A DNA stretch of 64,000 nucleotides from contig OZ244561.1 in assembly GCA_965217585.1 (NCBI GenBank), positions 3,072,001 to 3,136,000 on the forward strand, in the 5' to 3' direction. The notes under the pieces were generated by a model. It was not told the DNA's origin. It did not search any database and saw only the letters and a program-made list of their open reading frames with translations. Every line of letters starts with the position of its first letter. Position 1 is the first letter of the stretch. This DNA is from Candidatus Latescibacterota bacterium (GTDB lineage Bacteria; Latescibacterota; UBA2968; UBA8231). Below, one piece after another: positions 51,172-60,260 of the stretch. Both the position numbers and the translations under genes were made by a program.

Positions 51172-52302
51172 GTGAAAATTCAGCAAATCCAGGCCTTCCC
51201 CCTGGCCTACCCCGAGCCCCACTACAAGGGCATCGAACGCTATATCACCCTCGTCCGCATCGAGGGCGAAGACGGCCAGGTCGGCTGGGGCGAGTGTATC
51301 TCGCAATTTCGCGAGGCGACCTTGGCGAGCAAGCTCATCGTCGAACAAGGCCTAGCGCCTCTCTTAATCGGCGCAAACGCCCTCGATGTCGAGCGCCACT
51401 GGCATGCAATGCGCGACCGCGTCTGGTGGTACGGTCCCGAAGGCATCGCCGCCTTCGCCATCAGCGCCATCGACATGGCGCTGTGGGACCTCGCCGGCAG
51501 AGCACTCGGACAACCCGTCTGTCGGCTGCTCGGCGGCCAGCTCCACGACAAGGTCGTGGCCATGGCCTCCTTTATCTTCGACATGGAAGACGTCGACTGG
51601 ACCCTCGACGAGTTTCGCTGGCTCAAAGCGCAAGGCTACGAGGTGGTCAAAGCGGGTTGGGGCATGCGGCCCGAAGCCGTCTTCGGGCTCGACCGCAATA
51701 AAGACATCGACATGGTCCGCCGGGTCCGCGAAGTCATCGGCGACGAACTCGAACTCATCGTCGACACCCCCGGTGCGCGCAATATTTGGGACCTCAATAC
51801 CGCGATCCAGCGCTTCCGCGACTTGGAACCCTACCGCCTGCGCTGGATCGAGCAGCCCCTGCTGCCCTCGGACCTCGACGCCCACGCCCGGCTGCGCGAC
51901 GCGACCTCGACGCCGATCGGCACTGGCGAGGACGAGTGGGACCTCGACAGCTATCGCCGCCTGATCCATTCGGGCGGCGTCGACGTGATCCAAATGGATC
52001 CGGGCCGCTGTCACGGCATCACCGGCTGCCGCCAGTATATCAAGCTGATCGAGGCCGAGAATCTACAGTGGAGCGCCCATACCTGGAGCAGCGCGCTCAA
52101 CACCGCCGCCAGCCTGCACCTGATGGCCAACTCGACTCACGGGGTCGCCCTCGACTTCAAACCGCACGAGTCCCCGATGCAACACGAACTCGTCGCCGAC
52201 CCCTGGGTACAAGAAGCGGGCTATCTCGCCGTCCGCGACAAACCCGGTCTCGGCGTCGAAGTCAACGAAGACATCGTCGAGAAATATCACTTTGAAGCCT
52301 AG
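51172..52302 (+). CDS. Mandelate racemase/muconate lactonizing enzyme family protein
   Basis: ISAIDMALWDL, WIEQP, GED, PGLGVEVNE. Confidence 0.9.
   Translation: MKIQQIQAFPLAYPEPHYKGIERYITLVRIEGEDGQVGWGECISQFREATLASKLIVEQGLAPLLIGANALDVERHWHAMRDRVWWYGPEGIAAFAISAIDMALWDLAGRALGQPVCRLLGGQLHDKVVAMASFIFDMEDVDWTLDEFRWLKAQGYEVVKAGWGMRPEAVFGLDRNKDIDMVRRVREVIGDELELIVDTPGARNIWDLNTAIQRFRDLEPYRLRWIEQPLLPSDLDAHARLRDATSTPIGTGEDEWDLDSYRRLIHSGGVDVIQMDPGRCHGITGCRQYIKLIEAENLQWSAHTWSSALNTAASLHLMANSTHGVALDFKPHESPMQHELVADPWVQEAGYLAVRDKPGLGVEVNEDIVEKYHFEA
52219..52262 (+). repeat. 44-bp direct repeat, copy 1 (inside the enolase 3' end)
   Basis: GGCTATCTCGCCGTCCGCGACAAACCCGGTCTCGGCGTCGAAGT; 42/44 identical to 54783-54826. 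Confidence 0.85.
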
Positions 52303-53092
52303 ACGCGCGCTGATCACCGGCGGGGCCAGCGGCTTCGGCCTGAGCACCGCCAAGGCCCTGCTCGCCCAGGGTGCCCAGGTCGCCATCGCCGATATCGACG
52401 GCGAAAAACTACGGGCGGCCGACGACGAATTGCACAGCGACCGCGTGCTGGCCCTAGTGCTCGATGTCACCTCGCCGACATCTGTCCAGCAGACCGTAGC
52501 CGCCTGCCAGACGCGCTTTGGGGGCTTGGACGCCCTCGTCAATTCCGCCGGTGTCATCCACTTCGGCTCCTTGGCAGAGACCACCGAGGCGGATTGGGAT
52601 CGGGTCATCGACATTGACCTCAAGGGTGTTTTCCTCTGCTGTCAGGCCGCCGCTCCGCTCCTGCGCCAAAGCGGTGAGCACGGCCGCATCGTCAATATCG
52701 GCTCGGACGTGTCCAAGATCGGCTGCGCGCTGATTGCCTCCTATTGCGCCGCCAAGTTCGGCGTCGTCGGCCTGAGTAAGGCGCTGGCCGGCGAACTAGC
52801 CCCCGCCGGCGTCACCGTCAACTGCGTCTGTCCGGTCGGCGTCTCGACCACCGGCATGGGCCAAGACGTGCTCGCCTACAAACGACAGGCGACCGGTGCG
52901 GCCAACCAAGCGATCCTCGCCGCGACGGCGGTGGACATCCCGCTTGGCCGCAACCCCACCGAGGACGATGTCGTCAACGCCATTCTGTTTTTCCTCGCCG
53001 AAGAATCGTCCTTTTTGACAGGAGTCGCGCTCGATGTCGATGGCGGTCTGCTCAGCACCTCGATCCTGCCCGGTGTTGCCGATGGCCAGTAA
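52292..53092 (+). CDS. SDR-family oxidoreductase
   Basis: TGGASGFG, NSAG, YCAAK. Confidence 0.92.
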   Translation: MKPRRALITGGASGFGLSTAKALLAQGAQVAIADIDGEKLRAADDELHSDRVLALVLDVTSPTSVQQTVAACQTRFGGLDALVNSAGVIHFGSLAETTEADWDRVIDIDLKGVFLCCQAAAPLLRQSGEHGRIVNIGSDVSKIGCALIASYCAAKFGVVGLSKALAGELAPAGVTVNCVCPVGVSTTGMGQDVLAYKRQATGAANQAILAATAVDIPLGRNPTEDDVVNAILFFLAEESSFLTGVALDVDGGLLSTSILPGVADGQ

Positions 53093-53107
53093 ACCAAATC
53101 CGAACGG

Positions 53108-54166
53108 TCATACCGTTGGGGAAGTGCCCCTTCGCCATTCTAAGAAGCTGCCTATAACTATCCCCAAAACCGTCCCAATCCCCACTCCCATTACAAAACC
53201 TTTTACGGTCCCGCCTTCTACGAGAATAAGAACGCCGAATAATAGACCTAGAGCTAGACCTACCCATAGACCCACGCTGGCAAGATTGTGGGCACTCGCC
53301 GCATAGTTCCGTATTTCAGTTCTTTCCTCGGCAGGGTCTTCTTTATACACCGCAAAATTTATGTTGTCTATGCGCAGGGCCCGCAAGCAGACCACGGCTA
53401 TTAACTGAAAATACAGACTCATCGCCGTAGGCTGGAGATCGCGCAGATCCAGACTGGCTAGGACCACTTCTATTGCTATAAACGTCGTCGCCGCAATACT
53501 CATAAAAACCATCTGTTGCACGACGAGTTCTATCTGCCTTTTGCGATCTTCATAGGCCTGGTACGGGTCCAGTCTTTTCCCATACATGTTCCAGGCCACT
53601 ATTGCCGCAAAAAAGACATTACCCGCGGTCACTCCGACGATATTCCAATATCCGCCAAACCAGGGGAAGTCGAATTGTCGGATATAGAGAATGAGCGCTA
53701 TAAAGGCGAAATACACGAGTAGCGCTAGGCCGATCATTGTAGGTGAAATAAAATCACACAAACGGCGGGGTTGCAGCTCGGCCTTGCGAGTGGTGCGCGA
53801 ATCGGCTTTTCTCATCAGCCTATAATATTTGAAAGCCCTCACTTCCAGGAGCATCATAGGGAAAAACTGGACCATAAAATACGGAAATACGAAATTGCCT
53901 ATGTCCCATTCACCACTACGCGAATCGCCTAAGAGTACCGCCAGCAACGACAAGCCAACTAGCAGTACACCCACGTTTAAATTTCGGTAATTGCGCCGCG
54001 CTTTCTCGTAATATTCGATCGGTTCTGGGTAGAGCCGGGGATATTGCGATGGTGGGTACGTTGCGAGCACGTAACTTATCCGCTTGAGCATTTTTCTAGG
54101 AAAATAAAAAGAAATAAGAAGAATCTGACTCAGAAATACGGCGTAAAATAAGATATTGTCTGGCAT
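53108..54166 (-). CDS. Low-GC multi-pass membrane protein
   Basis: About nine hydrophobic segments; directly downstream of the GntR gene. Confidence 0.8.
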   Translation of the reverse strand: MPDNILFYAVFLSQILLISFYFPRKMLKRISYVLATYPPSQYPRLYPEPIEYYEKARRNYRNLNVGVLLVGLSLLAVLLGDSRSGEWDIGNFVFPYFMVQFFPMMLLEVRAFKYYRLMRKADSRTTRKAELQPRRLCDFISPTMIGLALLVYFAFIALILYIRQFDFPWFGGYWNIVGVTAGNVFFAAIVAWNMYGKRLDPYQAYEDRKRQIELVVQQMVFMSIAATTFIAIEVVLASLDLRDLQPTAMSLYFQLIAVVCLRALRIDNINFAVYKEDPAEERTEIRNYAASAHNLASVGLWVGLALGLLFGVLILVEGGTVKGFVMGVGIGTVLGIVIGSFLEWRRGTSPTV

Positions 54167-54176
54167 CGCTAGCTCC

Positions 54177-54557
54177 TCATAGGTCTCGGTTATTCAGGAC
54201 ATTCCCGAATGCAATCCGGATTTCGGAATCCGTTACGCCGGATCCTCTTAATGTCTTGATTGTTTCGCTTAATGTGGACGTCACCCATGCGTTTAAATCG
54301 ACAGCACTATTGGCCTTGGCGTCCGGGTGGATGAACGTACCGCGATAGCCTTTGGTTTCAATGACCGCATCGCGTTCCAAGAGCCGATAAGCCTTGGCCA
54401 CCGTGTTGTGGTTCAGGCCCATGTCGTTTGCAAGTTGCCGAATGGAAGGCAAGGTAGCTCCTGAGCTAAGCTCGCCGCTGAGAACGGCCTTTTTGATTTG
54501 ATCGATCAATTGAGCAAACACCGGTACTGAATCGCTGGTGTCGATGACTATTTCCAT
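54177..54557 (-). CDS. GntR-family regulator, YtrA subfamily
   Basis: LPSIRQLA...NHNTVAKAY...GTF; short C-terminal domain. Confidence 0.92.
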   Translation of the reverse strand: MEIVIDTSDSVPVFAQLIDQIKKAVLSGELSSGATLPSIRQLANDMGLNHNTVAKAYRLLERDAVIETKGYRGTFIHPDAKANSAVDLNAWVTSTLSETIKTLRGSGVTDSEIRIAFGNVLNNRDL

Positions 54558-54574
54558 AAATATGATCCTTATAT

Positions 54575-54619
54575 TGTACTACTTGAACTAATAATACATA
54601 TATTGCATATAAAGTGCAA
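54575..54619 (-). promoter_or_regulatory. Sigma70 promoter with an overlapping YtrA-type operator
   Basis: Minus strand TTGCAC-17 nt-TATTAT. Imperfect palindrome TGTACTA...TAATACA at 54575-54598. Confidence 0.65.
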
Positions 54620-54680
54620 ATAAAAAATGATATTTTTCAAAAATTGCAGGAGAATGGGGTAGAGTATGGGCTCAAAAGAC

Positions 54681-54715
54681 AAGCGGCGCGGCTCCCGATT
54701 AGAGCCGCGCCGCTT
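54681..54715 (-). terminator. Intrinsic terminator-like hairpin
   Basis: 14-bp perfect stem AAGCGGCGCGGCTC/GAGCCGCGCCGCTT followed by GTCTTTT on the minus strand. Confidence 0.6.
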
Positions 54716-54782
54716 CACCTATATGTTCGCACATTTACATTAACCGTGCATAGCCCGTTCCATCCTCGCTAACTCATCTTAT

Positions 54783-54826
54783 GGCTAGCTCGCCGTCCGC
54801 GACAAATCCGGTCTCGGCGTCGAAGT
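54783..54826 (+). repeat. 44-bp direct repeat, copy 2 (intergenic)
   Basis: GGCTAGCTCGCCGTCCGCGACAAATCCGGTCTCGGCGTCGAAGT. Confidence 0.85.
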
Positions 54827-54832
54827 TGTTGC

Positions 54833-55768
54833 TCACGTCTTCCATGCCTGAGCAAAAATGCCGAGTGAACCGGGCGCGTATCCGGCGTAGTGGTTGTTGA
54901 AAAATACGTACACGGGCCGCTCCGGTGCGGCCTCCGACAGTTCCTGCACCTGTTGTGCCCAGTGCTGGGTCTCGGCGGCACGGTCCCAGACGAGGCGGTC
55001 CCAATGCCGCTCCTGCTCGCCGCGGCGAATCCGCTCCTCGACGCAGGCGTCCATCTTTTTGCGGTCGCCCAAAAAGCGCACGTAGAGAAAGTCGGCCGTT
55101 GCTGGATTGACGCGCTTGGCGGTGTCTGCTAAGCTCGGCATGGTGTAGTAGTTGTTCAGCACTAGCGCCACTCCGTGTTCGCGCAGCAAGTCCAGGAGTT
55201 CCGCCCGCAGCCAGCTCCCGTTGCGCACCTCTACCGCAAAGTGGAACTCGCCCGTAGGTAGCTGCGGCAAAAATTCCGCTAGGCGCTCGGTGAACGCGCT
55301 GCCGTACTCGTTTTCGTGCGCGTCCTGTCCCCGCGCAATGTATGGAAACTGCATCAGCAGCGGCCCCAACCGCTCGCCGAGTGGGGCCATCGCGTCGAGG
55401 AAGGATTCCATTTCCCCCATGCAGTCCATGAGCATTTTCTCGTGGCTGATCACGCGGGGAATTTTGGCGGTAAAGCGAAAGTGTGGCGGCGTCCGCCGCA
55501 GCCATCCTTCGATCGCCTTGGGCGTCGGCACTCGATACCAAGTCGAGTCGATCTCCACACTCCTAAACACTTTAGCATAGTGCTCGATGTAATCGGCCGC
55601 GGCGCAGCCCTCTGGATAGATCAACCCTTCCCAATCCTCATTCGACCAACTCGTCGTCCCTAAAAAGAGCTGCGCGGGCAGCCCTTCTTGCACCTGCTGC
55701 ATCCGCTCGACGTGCCGAGGCTTGGCCGGCGGCATGATCTCGGAAAAAAGGTCCTGTTGCTCTTCCAC
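54833..55768 (-). CDS. DUF72 family protein
   Basis: GTTSWS..W.G..YP, VEIDSTWY, AVEVRN, YVRFLG, NNHYAG. Confidence 0.9.
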   Translation of the reverse strand: MEEQQDLFSEIMPPAKPRHVERMQQVQEGLPAQLFLGTTSWSNEDWEGLIYPEGCAAADYIEHYAKVFRSVEIDSTWYRVPTPKAIEGWLRRTPPHFRFTAKIPRVISHEKMLMDCMGEMESFLDAMAPLGERLGPLLMQFPYIARGQDAHENEYGSAFTERLAEFLPQLPTGEFHFAVEVRNGSWLRAELLDLLREHGVALVLNNYYTMPSLADTAKRVNPATADFLYVRFLGDRKKMDACVEERIRRGEQERHWDRLVWDRAAETQHWAQQVQELSEAAPERPVYVFFNNHYAGYAPGSLGIFAQAWKT

Positions 55769-55780
55769 GGTTCACTCCAT

Positions 55781-55812
55781 AAAAAAGAGGGCGCGGCATC
55801 TACCGCACCCTC
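55781..55812 (-). terminator. Intrinsic terminator after lysS
   Basis: Minus strand GAGGGTGCGG-loop-CCGCGCCCTC-TTTTTT. Confidence 0.7.
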
Positions 55813-55839
55813 GCAATTCCGGCGAATATCCTGTATGCG

Positions 55840-57414
55840 CTACGCTTTCTCCCGCACCATCTTCACCACCTGCTCCTTCCCCACTAGCTGCACAAGCGAC
55901 CCAAATCGCGGCCCTTGCTCCTGCCCCAGCACCACCTCGTAAAACGTCCGAAACAGTGCCTTGGGGGGGACTCCGGCCTCGCGGGCCAAGTCGAACGGAA
56001 TGGCCTGCAACTCCTCCTCGGTGGCCCCATTAGTCGCGTTCAGCCGCTCGGCCAACTGCCCTAGGATTGCCCGCTCCTCGTCCGTGGGTGGACGAAAATG
56101 CTTGTTGGGAAGCACCACGTCTCGGTAGTAGTTAAGCCCCTTCTCCACCAGCGCCTGCGTTACTTGCGGATAAGTAGAAGCCTGTGCGTCGTAGCGCGCC
56201 AGATAGTCACCCAATACCTCGACCGAATCCACTCCCAAGGACGCGATCAGATTGTTGACTGTCGAGAAGTTGACCTGGGACTCGTATTTGGGTACGTCCT
56301 TGCCGCAGTCGCCGATATGCCACACGGCCTGCTCGGGCTGCTTCTCCGTTGCCATTTCGGGATAGCGCCGCAGCGCATCGAGATAGTCATCAACGCACTT
56401 GGGGACGATATCCCAGTGCAGACGCTTGGCCCGCTTGGGATTTTGGAACAAGAAAAAGAGCAGGGATTCTATCGGCGCGTACGCCTTCCACATATCTACT
56501 GTCACCCCCATGCGGCCGGCGCTGCTCGCCAATCCCCGCCCTTCCTCGTCGAGAAAAAACTCGTAGCACAAGCCGACCGGCTGCTGCTTGCCCATCAGGC
56601 GCACGATGCGGGAGGACTGGCGAACCGAGTCGACGAGGTCTTTGCCGTACATTTCATAATCGACCTCGTAGGCGTACCAGCGCAGCGCCCAATCGACTTT
56701 CCAGCCCACCTTGGCGTTGCCGCCGAGCACCGACTGCTCGCCGTTCTCGCCACACCCGGTGTAGGGGCCGGTATCGAGGTCGCAAGTAAAGCTCACGCTG
56801 CCCCGGCTGGGATGGTAGGCGGTGACGCGCGTGGCCATGATCGAGCCACAGTTGGAACAAATCGGGAAGAAGGGCGACCAGTGCTGGCGGTTTTGTTCCC
56901 GCAGCGTGGGTACAATGATCTGGCGGACTTCCTCGGCTTTATCTAGGAGAACCGAAAGTCCTTCGTCGAAGTCACCGCGCACGTAGGCTTCGCGCGAGCT
57001 TTGGAACTCGTAGTCGAAGCCGGAGGCATCGAAAAACTCGCACAGCTTGGCGTTCATGTGGTCGCTGAAACTCGCACAGCAACCAAAGGGATCTGGGACG
57101 GCGTGTAGGGGTTTGCCGAGGTGAGCGGTGAGCATGTCGGGCTGCGGCAAGTTGCCAGGCACCTTGCGCAGCCCATCCATGTCGTCGCTGAAGCAGAGTA
57201 GGCGGGTCTTTAGCCCGTAGAGGTATTCGCAGGCGTTGCGCACCCAAGAGGTGCGGACGCCTTCTGAAAAGTGCCCCAGATGGGGGAAGCCGCTAGGGCC
57301 AAAGCCGGTCTCGAATAGTACCGGGCGATTACTGTCGGGCCGGCGCCGCTTGGCGATCTGCTCCGCCTCTTGGAAGGGCCAAGCCCGATGCGTACTGGTC
57401 TGGTTCCTCTCCAT
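55840..57414 (-). CDS. lysS: Class I lysyl-tRNA synthetase (alphaproteobacterial-like) with atypical KMSKS
   Basis: AWPFQEA, FETGFGPSGFPHLGH, SDDMDGLRKVP, WKVDWALRW, YEMYGKDL, GPRFGS. Confidence 0.88.
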   Translation of the reverse strand: MERNQTSTHRAWPFQEAEQIAKRRRPDSNRPVLFETGFGPSGFPHLGHFSEGVRTSWVRNACEYLYGLKTRLLCFSDDMDGLRKVPGNLPQPDMLTAHLGKPLHAVPDPFGCCASFSDHMNAKLCEFFDASGFDYEFQSSREAYVRGDFDEGLSVLLDKAEEVRQIIVPTLREQNRQHWSPFFPICSNCGSIMATRVTAYHPSRGSVSFTCDLDTGPYTGCGENGEQSVLGGNAKVGWKVDWALRWYAYEVDYEMYGKDLVDSVRQSSRIVRLMGKQQPVGLCYEFFLDEEGRGLASSAGRMGVTVDMWKAYAPIESLLFFLFQNPKRAKRLHWDIVPKCVDDYLDALRRYPEMATEKQPEQAVWHIGDCGKDVPKYESQVNFSTVNNLIASLGVDSVEVLGDYLARYDAQASTYPQVTQALVEKGLNYYRDVVLPNKHFRPPTDEERAILGQLAERLNATNGATEEELQAIPFDLAREAGVPPKALFRTFYEVVLGQEQGPRFGSLVQLVGKEQVVKMVREKA

Positions 57415-57471
57415 GTAACTTCGTCAGGTGTGAGGCTAGTAGAGACGGCGCTTGGGTGGTCTTGCGGCGTC

Positions 57472-57690
57472 TCAGCGGTTGCGGAAAGTGATGCGTCCGC
57501 GGCTCAAGTCGTAGGGCGAAAGGGCCACGGTGACTTGGTCGCCCGGAAGTACGCGAATGTAGTACTTGCGCATCTTGCCGGAGACATGGGCCATAATCTC
57601 GTGGCTATTCTCCATTTCGCACTTGAAGTAGCCGTTGGGCAGGGCCTCTTTGACCACTGCTTGGACTTCGATCGCTTCTTCTTTGGCCAT
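57472..57690 (-). CDS. infA: Translation initiation factor IF-1
   Basis: MAKEEAIE...AHVSGKMR...[10 protein letters not shown]. Confidence 0.98.
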   Translation of the reverse strand: MAKEEAIEVQAVVKEALPNGYFKCEMENSHEIMAHVSGKMRKYYIRVLPGDQVTVALSPYDLSRGRITFRNR

Positions 57691-57808
57691 TGCTCTCGCC
57701 TAAAAAGGATAGAATGATAGCGGCGTTTTTCGCGCCACGGAAAAAGCCGCCGCTAAAGCGGCTCGCAAAAAGCGCAAAGTGTACGCGTTAGACGAGCAAA
57801 AGTCAAAC

Positions 57809-58744
57809 TCACTCGATCAGGTAATTCACGTTGTACGAGGCGTGTTTGACCGCTTCGATCGTCGCTAGATGCGGAGCTAGTTGCTGGACCTTGCCGTAGT
57901 ATTGGATCGCTTCCGCAAATCGCTCGGTCTTTTCGCAGATCGCGCCGAGGTTGTGCAGGGCTGGGATGTGATCGCCGGTCAGCGCGATGACCTGCTTGAA
58001 GGCCGCTTCGGCCCCGGCGAGATCGCCGCTGTCGAGGTGGGCAAGGCCCTTGGCGAAGAACATGCTCTCGTTGTCTTGCTCGTACTGGACGGCCTTGTCC
58101 AGCACGGCGAGTGCCAACTCGGGCTGTTGGGCTTGCAGCCGCAAGACCCCGAGGCTGTAGTAAGCGCGGGCCAGCGCGCGGCGCGCACCGCGATACTTGA
58201 AATCGACCTGCAACAAGGTCTCTAGGTGTTCGATGGACTTTTTGAAGTCGCCGACCTTGTGGTACGCCACGGCCATGTTGAAGCGGGCGCCGACGTGGTC
58301 GGGCTGGATCGCGATGACTTTTTCGAGGTATTCGAGGCCCTCGGCCTGCCGCTCGGTGCGGCAGAGCAAGGTCCCCAGCCCGGCCATGGCTTCGACCATC
58401 AGCGAATCCAGCCGCAGGGCTTCTTCGTAGTGGTGCTTGGCCTCGCGGTCGTATCCCTGGCCGTGGAGCATGACCGCGAGGTTGCAATGTGCCTCGGCGT
58501 AGTTGGGGTCGAGTTGCAATGCCTCGCGCAGCAGCCTTTTGGCCTCGTACTTTTGCCCGTCGTCAAAGTAGGCGTTGGCGAGGAGGACGCGCAGCTGCGG
58601 GTTGTAGGGTTCGATGGTGACCTTGGCGTTGAGGTAGCGGATCTTCTCTTTGGCCCAGAGGTTGTACCCCCGCTTGTCTTGGAGCTGGGCCTGGCCCTCG
58701 CTGCACAGCAAGGCCAGCAATAGAAACGCGAGTGAGGCCCTCAT
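57809..58744 (-). CDS. Secreted TPR-repeat protein
   Basis: Signal peptide and many TPR units (e.g. LDPNYAEAHCNLA). Confidence 0.88.
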   Translation of the reverse strand: MRASLAFLLLALLCSEGQAQLQDKRGYNLWAKEKIRYLNAKVTIEPYNPQLRVLLANAYFDDGQKYEAKRLLREALQLDPNYAEAHCNLAVMLHGQGYDREAKHHYEEALRLDSLMVEAMAGLGTLLCRTERQAEGLEYLEKVIAIQPDHVGARFNMAVAYHKVGDFKKSIEHLETLLQVDFKYRGARRALARAYYSLGVLRLQAQQPELALAVLDKAVQYEQDNESMFFAKGLAHLDSGDLAGAEAAFKQVIALTGDHIPALHNLGAICEKTERFAEAIQYYGKVQQLAPHLATIEAVKHASYNVNYLIE

Positions 58745-60030
58745 GGTTGGAACTTCTGAATCCGATCATTGAACGTATCAGCCACATAAATGAACCCCTC
58801 GGCGTCGCGGGCGATGCCGCCGGCCGCCACCTCGCGCTCGCCCTCTTTGCCAGTGGCCATATCGACGACGACTTGGATGCGGCCTGTGAAGCGGAACTGA
58901 TCGTCCCCCTCGCCCTCCTCGCCCCAGCGCGTCAGGTAGTGCCCCCGATGGAACACCTCGATGCGGCTGTGGCCGGCGTTGATCACAAAAACCCGGTCGG
59001 CCGCTTCATCGACGGCAAAGTCGGTGGGCCGCAGCAAAAGCCCGTTGCCACGGTCCTGATTCGATTTGGGATCGCGGCCGATGACGCGGCTGGCCGCGGC
59101 GCGCTGCGGGTCGTCGTACACGACTAGCCGAGGTGCCTGCCAATCGCCGGCGCGTAGGGCCAACGGCTCGATCAGCGCGGCGAAACGCCCTTGCCAAAGC
59201 CGCAGACTGGCCACCAGCAGGGCCGGTATGGCGTACTGGACTTGCTGCTCGCCGGCTCGGTCGAATAGCTGCAATTGGCTGATGCTCTCGATGTAGATGG
59301 CATCGCCGTCGATGACGATGTGGCGGGCGAACAGCCCAGCTAGTGGACGCGTCCACAGCAGCCGACCATCCGGGGCGAATTTCGCCCAAAAGGCCTCTGG
59401 CTTCTGGCTCGGGCGGTGCAAGTTGTACACCACGTAGAGGTGGTCGGCGTCGTCGAGGGCCAGCGCCGGCCCGTCCAGCGCGCTCGTTTCCAGACAGGCC
59501 AGTGGCTCAGTGGTATAAACCCATCCGCCCAAGGCGCGGCCCGCGCGGTCGAAGCGCTCGACGCGCCCCTCACCCGCGCCGACGACAAAGATCGTGCCGT
59601 TGCGGCTGATGGCCAGCCGCGTGGGGGTCGTGCCCTCGGCCAGTGCCCAGCTTGCGACGCGGCGGTGGAACCCCCCCGCGGCTGTCGTGCTGACCAGCTC
59701 GTGTACGCTCTCGTCCTCGCCGAAGAAGCTGACGACCCGGTAGCTGTAATGCGTGTTGGCCAACAGGCCGGTGTCTGTAAAGGTGGTGTCGGCCGTGGAT
59801 TCCACGCGCACTATGGCTGCGAACTCGCCCCCTACGGCGCGCTGGATTTCACCGTAGAGAAAGCCCGCTGAAGACACCGGGTGCCAGACCAGATGCGCGG
59901 CGGCCTCCTCGCTGGAGAAGGTCGCTGTGAGCACGGGGGAGGGCGCAAGATAGGGCGGAACCTTCTTGCCGGCGAAGGGACCGACGCAGGCGACGAGTGC
60001 TGCGACGAGGAAAAAGACGAGTCGGTTCAT
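58741..60030 (-). CDS. Lipoprotein with FN3-like and NHL-repeat (beta-propeller) domains
   Basis: Start MNRLVFF at 60030; lipobox LVAC; FTDTGL...YSYRV; IYVADTFNDRIQKF. Confidence 0.8.
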   Translation of the reverse strand: MNRLVFFLVAALVACVGPFAGKKVPPYLAPSPVLTATFSSEEAAAHLVWHPVSSAGFLYGEIQRAVGGEFAAIVRVESTADTTFTDTGLLANTHYSYRVVSFFGEDESVHELVSTTAAGGFHRRVASWALAEGTTPTRLAISRNGTIFVVGAGEGRVERFDRAGRALGGWVYTTEPLACLETSALDGPALALDDADHLYVVYNLHRPSQKPEAFWAKFAPDGRLLWTRPLAGLFARHIVIDGDAIYIESISQLQLFDRAGEQQVQYAIPALLVASLRLWQGRFAALIEPLALRAGDWQAPRLVVYDDPQRAAASRVIGRDPKSNQDRGNGLLLRPTDFAVDEAADRVFVINAGHSRIEVFHRGHYLTRWGEEGEGDDQFRFTGRIQVVVDMATGKEGEREVAAGGIARDAEGFIYVADTFNDRIQKFQP

Positions 60031-60039
60031 AGGGCAAAA

Positions 60040-60068
60040 GAGATAGGCCCGCCCTCCCGCAATGTCAA
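60040..60068 (-). promoter_or_regulatory. Putative sigma70 promoter for the NHL lipoprotein gene
   Basis: Minus strand TTGACA-17 nt-TATCTC, 9 nt upstream of the ATG. Confidence 0.45.
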
Positions 60069-60160
60069 GGAATATGGGATCACCCCAGAATAAAGACGCA
60101 AGAGTTGACGCTGGTAGTTCCACTCGTACAGGGCTGTCAAGGAATATGGGATCACCCCAG
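60063..60160. repeat. Two identical 26-bp direct repeats, 72-bp period
   Basis: TGTCAAGGAATATGGGATCACCCCAG at 60063-60088 and 60135-60160. Confidence 0.85.
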
Positions 60161-60254
60161 TAATGAAGACGGCGTTGCCGATCTTGCCGGTGAAGTAGTC
60201 GATGACCAGCCACAGCCCGTTGCACAGGGCCTCGCCCATAATCAGGCCCATGAA
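60160..60254 (-). pseudogene. 3' remnant of a DUF6784/DUF6785-like membrane protein gene
   Basis: FMGLIMGEALCNGLWLVIDYFTGKIGNAVF resembles the C-terminus of that family (recalled, not searched). Confidence 0.45.
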
Positions 60255-60260
60255 GACTAT

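Noticed and set aside
60063-60171. CRISPR array
   Set aside because: Only two repeat units, no cas genes in the window, and the repeat overlaps a gene end and a -35 box. Kept as a plain repeat.
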